A stretch of DNA of 63,591 nt, filler included, from Malassezia furfur (lineage: Eukaryota): assembly GCA_052055015.1 (NCBI GenBank). It is 20 parts of 20 records of this genome, joined end to end, with 100 filler letters (N's around TTAATTAATTAA, not from the genome) between each part and the next. Parts side by side here need not be neighbours in the genome. Positions count along the whole stretch, not along the records: positions 1 to 3,159 come from JBQJIT010000800.1; positions 3,260 to 6,415 come from JBQJIT010000801.1; positions 6,516 to 9,667 come from JBQJIT010000802.1; positions 9,768 to 12,902 come from JBQJIT010000803.1; 16 more parts are not named here. One strand, written 5' to 3'. The notes beneath the pieces are model-generated. The model did not search any database, was not told the origin of the DNA, and saw nothing but the letters and a program-made list of their open reading frames with translations. Each line of letters opens with the position of its first letter. The stretch's first letter is position 1. Shown here piece after piece: positions 1 through 9,769 of the stretch. The position numbers were made by a program, and so were the translations under genes.

Positions 1-2
1 TC

Positions 3-680
3 AAGTTCCAGATCCGCGCCACGAAGCAAGAGTCGCTCAGCAGCACGCGCAACGCGCTGCGTCTCGCGCGCGAGACCGAGGAGACGGCGACCAACACCAT
101 GATCAAGCTCGGCGAGCAGAGCGACACGATTGGCGACACGGAGCGCCACCTCGACATTGCGAAGGCGCATGCGTCGCGCGCCGAGGACAATGCGCGCGAG
201 ATCAAGCAGCTGAACAAGTCCATCCTGCGCCCCAAGATCATCCGCAACAAGCGCGCCAAGCGGCAGGCGCAGGAGGAAAAGGCGCTGCAGCGCCACGTCG
301 ACGAGCGCACCGAGCGCGAGCTGACGCGCGAAGAGGTGCTCTCGTCGCAGCGCCGCGTCGACGATGCAGTGAACGACAGCGGGCCGTTCAACCGGCTGCG
401 GAACAAGTTCCAGGGCACGCAGGCGGAGCTGACCGACCCCAAGGCGCAGCGCGCGCGCTACCAGTTCGAGGCGACGCAGAGCGACGACGAGCTGGAGGAC
501 GAGCTGGACGCGAACCTGGACGACATCTCGGCGCTGAGCGCGCGCATGAACCTCCTCTCCAAGGCGATGGGCCAGGAGGTCAATGCGCAGAACAAGCGCC
601 TCGAGCGCGTCTCGGACAAGACCTCGGCACTCGACACGCGCATCTACGCCGGCACGCAGCGCCTGGCGAACCTCAGGTAG
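3..680 (+). CDS. SEC9: SNAP-25-family t-SNARE Sec9, 5' truncated by the window start
   Basis: Open from nt 3 (KFQIRATKQESLSSTRNALRLARETEE...). Two SNARE heptad motifs, the second being 'EDELDANLDDISALSARMNLLSKAMGQEVNAQNKRLERVSDK'. Stop TAG at 678-680. Confidence 0.88.
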   Translation, partial: KFQIRATKQESLSSTRNALRLARETEETATNTMIKLGEQSDTIGDTERHLDIAKAHASRAEDNAREIKQLNKSILRPKIIRNKRAKRQAQEEKALQRHVDERTERELTREEVLSSQRRVDDAVNDSGPFNRLRNKFQGTQAELTDPKAQRARYQFEATQSDDELEDELDANLDDISALSARMNLLSKAMGQEVNAQNKRLERVSDKTSALDTRIYAGTQRLANLR

Positions 681-699
681 TGTACAGCTACGGCGTCTC

Positions 700-1428
700 T
701 TAGTAGATCTCATCAAACGGCCGGGTATCGTGAAAGCAGCTGTCCCACACCTCGTCGACGACGCGCGCGGCGGTCGCCTCGTCGGGGCACGCCGCATTGC
801 CGCGCACCGACAGAATCGCACGGCGCCGCGCACAGTTCTGCAGCTGGCGCAAAAACGTGTAGTTGTGCCGGTTGATCTCGCGCGTCCAGCGGCAGTCGCC
901 CGAGAGCGTCGCGGCGCGGATCTCGCTGCAGGCGTGGTGCCGCAGGTCGCTCCAGTCCACCTTGAAGCGGCAGTGGTCCCACCAGTGCACCATCTCGTGC
1001 GCGAGCGTGTCCTCGAGGTGCGTCTTGCTGTAGATGCGGTTTGCGCACAGCAAGATGCCTGCCTCGCTCGGCGGGCGCCCTGGCGGCGACGGCGAGAAGC
1101 CGCCGGCGATGTCGGGCGGGCACGACGCGATGAGCAGCTTCGGCGGGACAGAGAGCGTCCCGGCATCGCTCGACGCGCGCGGCGTCACGGGGTCGCAGTC
1201 GAGCAGCGTGAGGTGCTTGACCATGAAGCGCACCATGGGGCTCGAGCGGAGCAGGTCGTCCTGCCACTTTTCCACACGCCGCTTCGCCGCGAGGTCTTCG
1301 GGCGACTCGACCGGCGGCGCATCCACCACCTTCTCTGTCGTGTCCACCACCGAATGCACCGGGTACGGCCGCAGCACGCGCGCGCACCACGCGCGCCAGC
1401 GGCGCACCTCCGCTGCGCGCTCGTCCAT
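700..1428 (-). CDS. ATP23: Mitochondrial inner-membrane metalloprotease / ATP synthase chaperone Atp23 (peptidase M76)
   Basis: HExxH motif 'LAHEMVHWWDHCRF', 'HHACSEIRAATLSGDC' and C-terminal 'CFHDTRPFDEIY'. First ATG at 1428 (MDERAA). Confidence 0.92.
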   Translation of the reverse strand: MDERAAEVRRWRAWCARVLRPYPVHSVVDTTEKVVDAPPVESPEDLAAKRRVEKWQDDLLRSSPMVRFMVKHLTLLDCDPVTPRASSDAGTLSVPPKLLIASCPPDIAGGFSPSPPGRPPSEAGILLCANRIYSKTHLEDTLAHEMVHWWDHCRFKVDWSDLRHHACSEIRAATLSGDCRWTREINRHNYTFLRQLQNCARRRAILSVRGNAACPDEATAARVVDEVWDSCFHDTRPFDEIY

Positions 1429-1569
1429 GGCGATCCGTGCGACGTTCGCGATGGAGGTGCGTCCTATCACGTGCACAACTATACACGGCACGTGAGCGGT
1501 GCGCGCAGGTTTTCGCGAGGCGCCGCGCCGGCGGACCTACACCTTCCACTGCCGTGAGTCCACTGCAAG

Positions 1570-1619
1570 GTAAGCGGGCGCCGTCGTCGTCGTCGTGCGA
1601 GCAGCACTAACACCAACAG
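1570..1619 (+). other. 50-nt 5'-UTR intron of RPL13
   Basis: GTAAGC...CACTAAC-ACCAACAG, ending 1 nt before the ATG at 1621. Confidence 0.75.
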
Positions 1620-1620
1620 A

Positions 1621-2250
1621 ATGGGTTTCCGCCACAACAATATCCTCTTTAACAACCACTTCCACAAGGACTGGCAGCGTCGGGTGAAGGTCTGGTTCGA
1701 CCAGCCCGGCCAGAAGAAGAGGAGGCGCAATGTGCGTGCCGCCAAGGCGGCCGCCCTCGGCATGCGCCCCGTCCAGCCGCTCCGCCCTGCGGTGCGCGCC
1801 CCGACTCTGCGCTACAATACCAAGCTGCGCGCGGGCCGCGGCTTCACCGTCGAGGAGCTCAAGGCGGCGGGCATCCGCAAGAAGGAGGCGCGCTCGATCG
1901 GCATCCCCGTCGACCACCGCCGGAAGAACAAGAGCGAGGAGAGCCTCAAGCTCAACGCGGACCGCCTGAAGGCGTACAAGGAGCGCCTCGTGGTCCTGCC
2001 CCGCCGCACCAAGCAGAACAAGGGCAAGCAGACTGACCTCTCGTCGCTCCAGACGGTGCGCTCGACCGTCAGCGCCTTCCCCATCCCTGCGGGCACCACC
2101 CTGGAGGGCCCGCGCACCATCACCGCCGAGGAGAAGGACTTCGAGGCGTTCCGTACGCTCCGCATGGCTCGTGCCAACCACCGCGCCGAGGGCCAGCGCA
2201 AGGCGCGCCAGGCCAAGAAGGACGAGGAGGCTGCGCAGGCCAAGAAGTAA
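1621..2250 (+). CDS. RPL13: 60S ribosomal protein L13 (eL13)
   Basis: 'HFHKDWQRRVKVWFDQPG', 'RYNTKLRAGRGFTVEELKAAGI', 'IPVDHRRKNKSEESL'. Confidence 0.97.
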   Translation: MGFRHNNILFNNHFHKDWQRRVKVWFDQPGQKKRRRNVRAAKAAALGMRPVQPLRPAVRAPTLRYNTKLRAGRGFTVEELKAAGIRKKEARSIGIPVDHRRKNKSEESLKLNADRLKAYKERLVVLPRRTKQNKGKQTDLSSLQTVRSTVSAFPIPAGTTLEGPRTITAEEKDFEAFRTLRMARANHRAEGQRKARQAKKDEEAAQAKK

Positions 2251-2365
2251 TTGTGCTCGCTTGCAGGCTGCCGTGATGTACACAGAGGATGTTCCCTTAC
2301 CAAAAAATGATTTTGTGAGCGGTCCGGCTCCGAGCACGGAGGCACCGCTCGCCCTTGCGAACGGT

Positions 2366-2398
2366 CTGTGTGTGTATGTGTTTGTGTGTGTGTGTGTG
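2366..2398. repeat. Imperfect (TG)n microsatellite between convergent RPL13 and RasGAP 3' ends
   Basis: tgtgtgtgtatgtgtttgtgtgtgtgtgtg read directly. Confidence 0.85.
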
Positions 2399-2451
2399 CC
2401 AAACGATAGACAGGGGGGACCTCGCCATGGCTCCCACAGGGTATATACAAG

Positions 2452-3159
2452 CTATGGCTTCGCGCGCCGCGTGGGGCGTAGATAGAGGCGCGCGAGCAGC
2501 GCGTGCAGCCGCGCGAGGTTCAGCTGCACGTACTCGAACGGGAGCTGCTCGTGGCCCTCGCGCAGCTGCTCCAACACGTCGTCAAGACGCAGATCCATCT
2601 CGAGCACCGGGTCCGCGCGGCCCTTGTAGTGCAGCGTGATGACAAACGTCCCGGGGCTCGGCGAGCGGAACGCAAAAAAGATTTGCGGGCGCCTGGCGGT
2701 CAGTGCGGGGGCGCGGGTACGTACCGGTCCTCGGGAATGAGGCTCTCGTCAAACAGGTGCTCGCGCTCGAGCTGGTAGTAGGTGAACCGGTGGCTCGTGC
2801 TCAGGCCGCTCCCGGGCGGCCACACCAGCGCACGCCGGCTGCGCGAGATGACGCCCAGCGCGCCCTTGACGCCGCCCAGCGCGCCGGTGTGCGACGAGAC
2901 GCGCGCGTTCTGCAGATAGCTCTGGTACGTCGCGAGCTGTGCAAGCAGGTCGGTGTGCTGCGCCTCGAGCGAGTCGAGCACCCCGCGCAGACTGTGCAGC
3001 TCGCGCGCCACCTCGTCCTGTGCGTCGCCGAGCAGCGCCAGCTCGGTGCGCACCTCGTCGGCGAGCGGCGCCCAGGTCGCGGCCTCGACGGCGCCCAACG
3101 CGACGAGCTCGTCTACGAGCGCACGCGCACGCGCAGCCTGCTGCGCAAGGGGCGCGTGC
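2452..3159 (-). CDS. Ras GTPase-activating protein (Gap1/Sar1-type), C-terminal RasGAP_C part, 5' truncated; 32-nt intron at 2693-2724
   Basis: Removing GTACGT...CTGACCGCCAG gives 'HRFTYYQLEREHLFDESLIPEDRRPQIFFAFRSPSPGTFVITLHYKGRADPVLEMDLRLDDVLE', the conserved fungal Gap1 C-terminus. Stop TAG at 2454-2452. Confidence 0.8.
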
Positions 3160-3259
3160 NNNNNNNNNNNNNNNNNNNNNNNNNNNNNNNNNNNNNNNNN
3201 NNNTTAATTAATTAANNNNNNNNNNNNNNNNNNNNNNNNNNNNNNNNNNNNNNNNNNNN
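3160..3259. other. Artificial contig linker N44-TTAATTAATTAA-N44 (first of 19)
   Basis: Identical 100-nt linkers start at 3160, 6416, 9668, 12903, 16135, 19362, 22567, 25760, 28940, 32110, 35278, 38445, 41607, 44765, 47915, 51062, 54209, 57355 and 60498. The 12-mer has stops in all six frames. Confidence 0.99.
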
Positions 3260-3261
3260 GC

Positions 3262-4596
3262 CACGCCGACGCGGCGCCCGCGGCGCGAGCGACGCCGCTC
3301 GGCGGCCTGCGTGCGGACCCTGCGACGCTGGCGCTTGCGAACCCGTGCTCGCCCGCGGACCCCGACGTGGTGCGTGCGCTGCTCGCGAACCTGGCGACGC
3401 CCGTCTCGTCGCTGGTCGGCTTTGTGGATGCGCGCGCCTCGTCGTCGACCTTCCTCGCGGACCTCGACCGCCGCGTCAAGGCGCACGCGCGGCGCTCGGT
3501 CAGTGGGCTGCACGCCGCGAGCGCCGTGTGCGAGATCGAGGTGGCCGACATGGTGCTGGCCATCCACCAAAAGATCGGGCAGGGCGGCTACGGCGCCGTG
3601 TTCCTCGCGCAGGACGCCAACGGAAGCGTGCCGCTGCCCGGCGAGGAGGCGCCGTGCTACGACGAGCTCGGCGAGGACGACGTCGAGGAGCTCGAGCGCC
3701 GGCAGCTGCTCGCGCTCAAGATCGAGCGCCCCGCCAACTGGTGGGAGTTTTACGTACTGCACGAGCTGCACGGCCGTCTGCCGCCCGCGCTGCGTGCGTC
3801 GGTGGTGGGTGCGCGGCGGTTCGTGGCGTTTGCGGACGAGTCGATGCTGCTGCTGACGTACGGCGCACAAGGCACGCTGCTCGAGCTCGTGAACCACGCG
3901 CGCAGCGCCGGCGTCGGCGCCGTGCCGAGCACGGCCGGCGGCACGACGGGCGGCGTCGAAGAGGTGCTCGCCATGTTCTTTATGATCGATCTGCTGCAGC
4001 TCGTCGAGGCGATGCACCGCGCCGACGTGCTGCACGGCGACCTGAAGATTGACAACTGCCTCGTGCGGGCGCAGCCGGTGCCCGAGGGCACCGCGTGGCC
4101 CAGCGCGTACGACCCGACGAACGCGGCGTGGCGCAGCCGCGGCGTGATGCTGATCGACTTTGGGCGCGCGATCGACCTGCGGTGCTTTCCCGAGGGCCAG
4201 ACGTTCTTGGCGGACTGGACGCCGGGCACGCAGGACTGTGTCGAGATGCACGAGATGCGCCCGTGGACGTACCAGGCGGACTACTACGGGCTCGCGAGCA
4301 TTGCGTACTGCCTGCTGTTTGGCAAGTACATCGAGACGACGTCGTTCGTCGACGAGCGCGGCCGCAAGACGTACAAGATCCAGCAGCCGCTGCGGCGCTA
4401 CTGGCACACGGCGCTCTGGACGCGCTTCTTCCACGTGCTGCTCAACCCGCGGCACGAGGGCGCATGGCCGATCCACGACACGCTCGCGTCGCTGCGCGAG
4501 GAGATGCAGACGTGGCTCGCCGCGAACTCGTTCCGCGCGGGCAAGAACCTCAAGGGCCTGTTGAAAAAGATGGACATTTGGGCGCTACAGACCTAG
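3262..4596 (+). CDS. BUB1: Spindle checkpoint kinase Bub1, C-terminal kinase domain, 5' truncated
   Basis: 'KIGQGGYGAVFLA', 'ALKIERPANWWEFYVL', 'HGDLKIDN', 'LIDFGRAIDL', 'RPWTYQADYYGLA'. Confidence 0.92.
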   Translation, partial: HADAAPAARATPLGGLRADPATLALANPCSPADPDVVRALLANLATPVSSLVGFVDARASSSTFLADLDRRVKAHARRSVSGLHAASAVCEIEVADMVLAIHQKIGQGGYGAVFLAQDANGSVPLPGEEAPCYDELGEDDVEELERRQLLALKIERPANWWEFYVLHELHGRLPPALRASVVGARRFVAFADESMLLLTYGAQGTLLELVNHARSAGVGAVPSTAGGTTGGVEEVLAMFFMIDLLQLVEAMHRADVLHGDLKIDNCLVRAQPVPEGTAWPSAYDPTNAAWRSRGVMLIDFGRAIDLRCFPEGQTFLADWTPGTQDCVEMHEMRPWTYQADYYGLASIAYCLLFGKYIETTSFVDERGRKTYKIQQPLRRYWHTALWTRFFHVLLNPRHEGAWPIHDTLASLREEMQTWLAANSFRAGKNLKGLLKKMDIWALQT

Positions 4597-6206
4597 GACG
4601 CGCGCGCAATCGCCGCGCGCTGGTAGCCGTGCGTGCTGATCTCGCTCAGACGCGACAAGAGACGCGCAAACGCAAACATCTCCTCCTCGCCGCTAAAGAT
4701 GGACGAGCTGCCGATGTCGTCGACGGTCATCTTGAGGTCGTCCATCAGCGCGCGCATCTGGTCCGACGGCTTCTTGTTCGTCTTGTCCATAGCCGTCTCG
4801 CCGCTAAACACCTTCATGATCTCCACCTCGGAGGTGCAAAAGAGCCGTGTCTTGCTCTCGTACACGGCGTCCACAAACGTGATAAAGCGGCGCGCAACGT
4901 CGCGCATGTCAAAGCTCATCAGCGGGATGTCATCAATAAAGATCGTGTGGAAGGCCTGGCACAACGCAATGTAGTCTGCGGCGCTCCGCGGCTCGCCGCA
5001 CAGGTCGTGGAACGAGAAGCGCGCGACGTGCTTGGTGCTCTGGGGCACGACGAAGCGCCGGCCCCACACCTCGATCACGCGGTCGCGGCGCACCGTCTCG
5101 TGGGCCACGAGGCCTTCCCACTGCTTCTCGTACTCGGCCTTCTCTGCGGGGTTCGTGGCGACAAAGTACACCTGGTCACGCGCCTGCTCCATCTTGCGGT
5201 AGTCGGTGCCCGAGTTGAGGTCGATCACCTGGTACTGCGTGTCGAGCAGGTGGATGCACGGCAGGAAACTCGAGCGCTGAATCCCGTTCTTGTACAGCTC
5301 CGAGGGCATACGGTTCGACGTCATGACGCTCACCACACCGTAGCGCATCAGACCCTCGAGGATGCGGCGCAGAATCATCGCATCCACAATGTCCACCACT
5401 TGGAACTCGTCAAAGCACAGCACCTCGACCTGTTGCGCAATCTCGCGGACCACGGGCTCAATGGGGTCAATCTCGCCCTCGTGCTCAGGGCCCGCCGCGG
5501 CAGGCGCGGACGCAGCCGGCCCACTCGCCGGCTTGGCCATCCCCGCCTGGCCGACGATGCCCGAGGCACGGTGGTATTTGGACTTGTAGAAGTGCGAGCG
5601 CTTGTGCACATCAATCATGAACTGGTGAAAGTGGATGCGGCGTTTGCGGGTAATGTTGGAAGGGAGCGTCTTGTAGAAGAGATCCATTAGCATACTCTTG
5701 CCGGTGCCGACATCGCCGTACAGGTAAATACCCATCGGCGCGCCCTCCGGGCGCACCGGCTCCGTTTCCACCTCCTTGCGTTTCGAAAAGGCCGACGCAA
5801 GCTTGCCAAACACGCTCTGCGAGCGCATCTGCTCGCTCACGCCGAGCATTTTGGACTGCTCGAGCTTGCCAGCCTCCTGCTCGGGCAGCGGCAGCAGCGA
5901 AATCAGCGAACCAAGCAGACCAGGCTTCTTCTTCACCGTCTCGACCAGTCCATCCTCAGGGTCGGGCACGGGCGGCTGCTGATAAGTGCGCAGCTTATCG
6001 TGCAGGTGCTGCAACTTCGCAACGATCCGCCGCTGGTAGTCGTCGTCCCTCAGCGCCTGGGAATCCACGAGTCGCTGGTACATCTTTTCCGGATCATCCT
6101 CCTCCCGCTGCACAGCACTGCTGCTCAGCCACGCACGCTGCGGTGCATACGAGCACCGCGCGATACGCAGCACGCTGCCGGCCGGCCGCGGAATAAAGGT
6201 TCGCAT
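4593..6206 (-). CDS. AFG1: Mitochondrial AFG1/LACE1 (ZapE-like) AAA+ ATPase
   Basis: Walker A 'GIYLYGDVGTGKS', 'RIHFHQFM', Walker B 'LCFDEFQV', 'TSNRMPSELYKNGIQR', 'RRFITFVDAVYE'. Presequence-like start MRTFIPRP at 6206. Confidence 0.93.
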   Translation of the reverse strand: MRTFIPRPAGSVLRIARCSYAPQRAWLSSSAVQREEDDPEKMYQRLVDSQALRDDDYQRRIVAKLQHLHDKLRTYQQPPVPDPEDGLVETVKKKPGLLGSLISLLPLPEQEAGKLEQSKMLGVSEQMRSQSVFGKLASAFSKRKEVETEPVRPEGAPMGIYLYGDVGTGKSMLMDLFYKTLPSNITRKRRIHFHQFMIDVHKRSHFYKSKYHRASGIVGQAGMAKPASGPAASAPAAAGPEHEGEIDPIEPVVREIAQQVEVLCFDEFQVVDIVDAMILRRILEGLMRYGVVSVMTSNRMPSELYKNGIQRSSFLPCIHLLDTQYQVIDLNSGTDYRKMEQARDQVYFVATNPAEKAEYEKQWEGLVAHETVRRDRVIEVWGRRFVVPQSTKHVARFSFHDLCGEPRSAADYIALCQAFHTIFIDDIPLMSFDMRDVARRFITFVDAVYESKTRLFCTSEVEIMKVFSGETAMDKTNKKPSDQMRALMDDLKMTVDDIGSSSIFSGEEEMFAFARLLSRLSEISTHGYQRAAIARAS

Positions 6207-6659
6207 CGTCGCGAGAAGCACGTGGCCTTCCACACAACAAATGTTGGAGTGGGTGCTGCCGGCGCCAGGCGCGACGCGTCTCGCGCGCGTCGCGCAGGCG
6301 CCCGAGACACCACCGGCACTGCGCGAGGCGCTAAAAACACACATGCAACCATACCGCGATGCGTCGAGCAGTGCCTCGCTCGACGGGGCCACCGCCGTGC
6401 GCGTGCCTCGCGAGANNNNNNNNNNNNNNNNNNNNNNNNNNNNNNNNNNNNNNNNNNNNTTAATTAATTAANNNNNNNNNNNNNNNNNNNNNNNNNNNNN
6501 NNNNNNNNNNNNNNNCGCGGGACAGTTTGTAATGGATAGGTCGCGAATGCTACGGAGCGCCCGCGAACACGACCGTGGCTGGCCGCAGCGGACGGGGGAC
6601 GGGGTGGGGGACTGGGTATACGGCCTCGCGGCCCTGGGCCGACGCACGGCGGTTGGTAT

Positions 6660-7697
6660 CTAGGCGCGGTCGGGCGAGATGCTCCTTGCGCGGTCGGGCG
6701 AGAGGCTCATGGCGCGGTCGGGCGAGATGCTCCTTGCGCGGTCGGGCGAGATGCTCCTTGCGCGGTCGGGCGAGATGCTGCGGCGGTCGGGCGAGATGCT
6801 GCGGCGATCCGGGGAGATGCTGCGGCGATCCGGCGAGATGCTGCGGTCGGACCCTGCTGCGCGATCGGGCGAGACACTGCGATCGGGCGAGACGCTGCGC
6901 GAGCGCATGTACCGTGCGCGCAGGCGCTCCTCGTCGGACTCGGACTGCTGCGAGCCGAACTCGTCCTCGTCGTCCTCGTCATCGCTGCGCATGCCGCGCG
7001 CGTGCGCCTCGATCCGCCGGCGCGCTGCGCGCGTTTCGTCGGCGTGCGCGCGCTTTTCGTCGCGCTCGCGACGCAGCCGGTCGAGACTGTCGTCGCTGTC
7101 GTAGCCGCGCTCGAGGCCCGGCGCGTCGCCCAGGACGAGCGCCTCCTCGAGCTTCGAGGTGCGTGGCCGGAGCCCCTCGTTTTCTTCGAGCACGGAGCGT
7201 TTCGTGAGGCGTGGCATGATGAGGTCGCACACGCGCTCCTCGTTGAGCAGCTGATCCACAAACTCGTCCATGTACGAGAGCGAGTACTGCCCTGTGGTGT
7301 CGCGGTACCGCAGCTTGTGGTAGTCGTTGAGGAGCGGCTCGAGCAGCTCGTACACCTCGATCGAAGGGAATGTCATGCGGACGTACATCGCTGCGAGCGC
7401 GCGCAAGTACTTGAGGTCGCCTGCGGCCAGGTACTCGAGCACGATCTCGCGGTCCGGCTGGATCTGGAGCAGCTTGCACACGAGGCACAGGAACGGGCTC
7501 GGGCGCAGCATGCCATAGGTCCCGCCGACGTACTCGAGTTCGACGGCCTTGTCGATGAGCGTCTCGGCAGTGAGCGCAAAGCACTCGTGCTTCCAATACA
7601 TGGAGTCGTAGATACGCGCACGCACCACGCGCTCGATCAAGAACTGCGGATTCGTCCCATGGATCGTGTGCGCGCCGCGCACGGTCGTGTTCGCCAT
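6660..7697 (-). CDS. PRP38: Pre-mRNA splicing factor Prp38 (PRPF38A) with RS/SP-repeat tail
   Basis: 'MANTTVRGAHTIHGTNPQFLIERVVRARIYDSMYWKHECFALTAETL', 'FLCLVCKLLQIQP', 'KYLRALAAMYVR'. Confidence 0.95.
   Translation of the reverse strand: MANTTVRGAHTIHGTNPQFLIERVVRARIYDSMYWKHECFALTAETLIDKAVELEYVGGTYGMLRPSPFLCLVCKLLQIQPDREIVLEYLAAGDLKYLRALAAMYVRMTFPSIEVYELLEPLLNDYHKLRYRDTTGQYSLSYMDEFVDQLLNEERVCDLIMPRLTKRSVLEENEGLRPRTSKLEEALVLGDAPGLERGYDSDDSLDRLRRERDEKRAHADETRAARRRIEAHARGMRSDDEDDEDEFGSQQSESDEERLRARYMRSRSVSPDRSVSPDRAAGSDRSISPDRRSISPDRRSISPDRRSISPDRARSISPDRARSISPDRAMSLSPDRARSISPDRA
6663..6900 (-). repeat. Coding 21/24-nt tandem repeat encoding about 10 copies of (A/R)RSISPDR at the Prp38 C-terminus
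   Basis: Repeated gcggtcgggcgagatgct(cctt) units on the + strand. Confidence 0.9.
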
Positions 7698-7826
7698 CGC
7701 GTCGTGCGCCGGGGGAGAAGCGAGGCGTCACGTGGCCAAAAAAGGGTCCAAGGCTGCGAGCGGCGCGACGTGGAGATCTCACGCTTGGCCCCCACGCGCA
7801 GGCCGTCCGAAGCAGAACGGGCCGCC

Positions 7827-9667
7827 ATGTCACGGTTTGTGTCTGCGGGCGAGGCGGACTACGAGTCGCTCGAGCAGAAGCTGCTCCTGCGGCAGTCGGT
7901 CGAAGAGTCCGGTGACGCGCCCCGCGCGCAGCCCGGCGCATTTGATACGCAGGACGCCGACTTGGAGGCGCAGGCGTCCCCCACGACGTCGTCGCCCACG
8001 TCGATGCGGTCGGCGAGCCGGCACACGCGCAAGTCGGCGCGGCCCATGTCGCACCGGCGCAACTCGGACGTGGACGCGGCGCCACCTATGCCGGCGTCCG
8101 ACGACCGCACGACCGACGGCGCGGGCGATGTGAGCCACAGCACGGCCGCTGGGCGGCGCGTGTCGGGTGCGGCGCCGCACGGTGCCGAGGGCGTGCCGCG
8201 CAAGCTCGGGACGTGGGACGGCGTGTTTATGCCGGTGACGCTCAACGTGCTGGGCATTATCCTGTTCCTGCGCTTTGGCTTCATCCTGGGCCAGGCGGGC
8301 CTGCTTGGCTCGCTGCTGCTGCTCGTGCTGAGCTACGGCGTGGACACGCTGACCGTGCTGAGTCTGAACGCGATCAGCACGAACGGCCAGGTGCGCGGCG
8401 GTGGCGCGTACTATCTGATCTCGCGGTCGCTCGGCCCCGAGTTTGGCGGGTCGATTGGCCTGGTGTTCTTTTTCGGGCAGGCGTTCAATGCGGCGATGAA
8501 CGTGCTGGGCTGCGTCGAGAGTCTCGTGGGCGCGATCGGCGTGTCGCGCGGCGGGCACGGGTTTTTGCCCGAGGGCTCGTGGTACTTGTACCTGTACGGG
8601 ACGCTGGTGCTGTGGATCAGCACCCTGGTGTGCCTGTTTGGCTCGTCGCTGTTTTCGCGCGCGACGCTGATCTTGGCCGTGGTGCTGAGCATGGCGGTGA
8701 TCAGCATCCCCGTGTCGGCGCTGCTGGTGCCGCCGTTTGAGGACGCGGCGCGCGACGTGTACTACTCGAGCTGGTCCTGGGCGACGTTTTCCGAGAACCT
8801 CTGGCCGCACTTTACGTCGAACGCCGCGGGCTCCTCGACGGCGCCCGCGCGCGAGTCGTGGCGCTCCGTGTTTGGCGTGCTGTTCCCCGCGGTGTGCGGC
8901 ATACTCGCCGGGGCGTCCATGTCGGGCGATCTGCGCAAGCCGAGCAAGAGCATCCCCAAGGGCACCAACTGGTCGCTGGTGTTCACCTTTGCGCTGTACG
9001 TGTTTGCGTTTGTGATCATGGCCGCGACGATCCCGCGCGAGTCGCTCTACCGCGACGTGGGCATCGTCGGCGACGTGGCGCTCTGGCCCGCGGTCGTCGT
9101 GTTTGGCGAGCTGGCGTCGTGCGCGTTTTCGGCGCTGATGGGCGTCATGGCGTGCGCCAAGGTGCTGCAGGCGATTGCGCGCGACGACCTCCTGCCGCTG
9201 CTCACCGTGTTTGCGCAGGGCACCGCGCGCGGCGACGTGCCGGTCGCGGCGCTGTTTGCGACGGCGCTCGTGTGCCAGCTCGTGCTGATGCTCGACTCGA
9301 TCAACCTGATTGCGCAGCTCGTGACCATGACGACGCTGCTCACGTTTGCGGTGCTGTGTGCGGCGACGTTTGCGCTCAAGGCCGGCGGCGCGCCGTCGTT
9401 CCGCCCGTCGTTCCGCTACTGGAACATCTGGACGGCGGGCGCCGGCACCGTCGTGTCGTTTGGCGCGATGGTGTTCGCGGACGCGTACGTCGCGCTGGTG
9501 TGCGTCGCGGTGACCGCGCTGCTGTTCATCATGATCCAGGTGTTCTGCCCGCCGAAGCCGTGGGGCGACGTGTCGCACAACGTCACCTACCACTTTGTGC
9601 GCAAGTACCTGCTGCGCCTCGACGAGCGCAAGGGCCACGTCAAGTACTGGCGCCCGCAGATCCTGCT
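7827..9667 (+). CDS. VHC1: SLC12 cation-chloride cotransporter (Vhc1-like), 3' truncated
   Basis: 'KLGTWDGVFMPVTLNVLGIILFLRFG', 'AISTNGQVRGGGAYYLISRSLGPEFGGSIG', 'GASMSGDLRKPSKSIPKGT', 'HVKYWRPQIL'. ATG at 7827. Confidence 0.92.
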
Positions 9668-9769
9668 NNNNNNNNNNNNNNNNNNNNNNNNNNNNNNNNN
9701 NNNNNNNNNNNTTAATTAATTAANNNNNNNNNNNNNNNNNNNNNNNNNNNNNNNNNNNNNNNNNNNNGG

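Noticed and set aside
2267..2343. Possible box C/D snoRNA downstream of RPL13 (GTGATGT...CCGA with CCGTG/CACGG ends)
   Set aside because: Both boxes deviate from consensus and I cannot identify an rRNA-complementary guide. It is more simply 3'-UTR. An Rfam/snoscan search would settle it.
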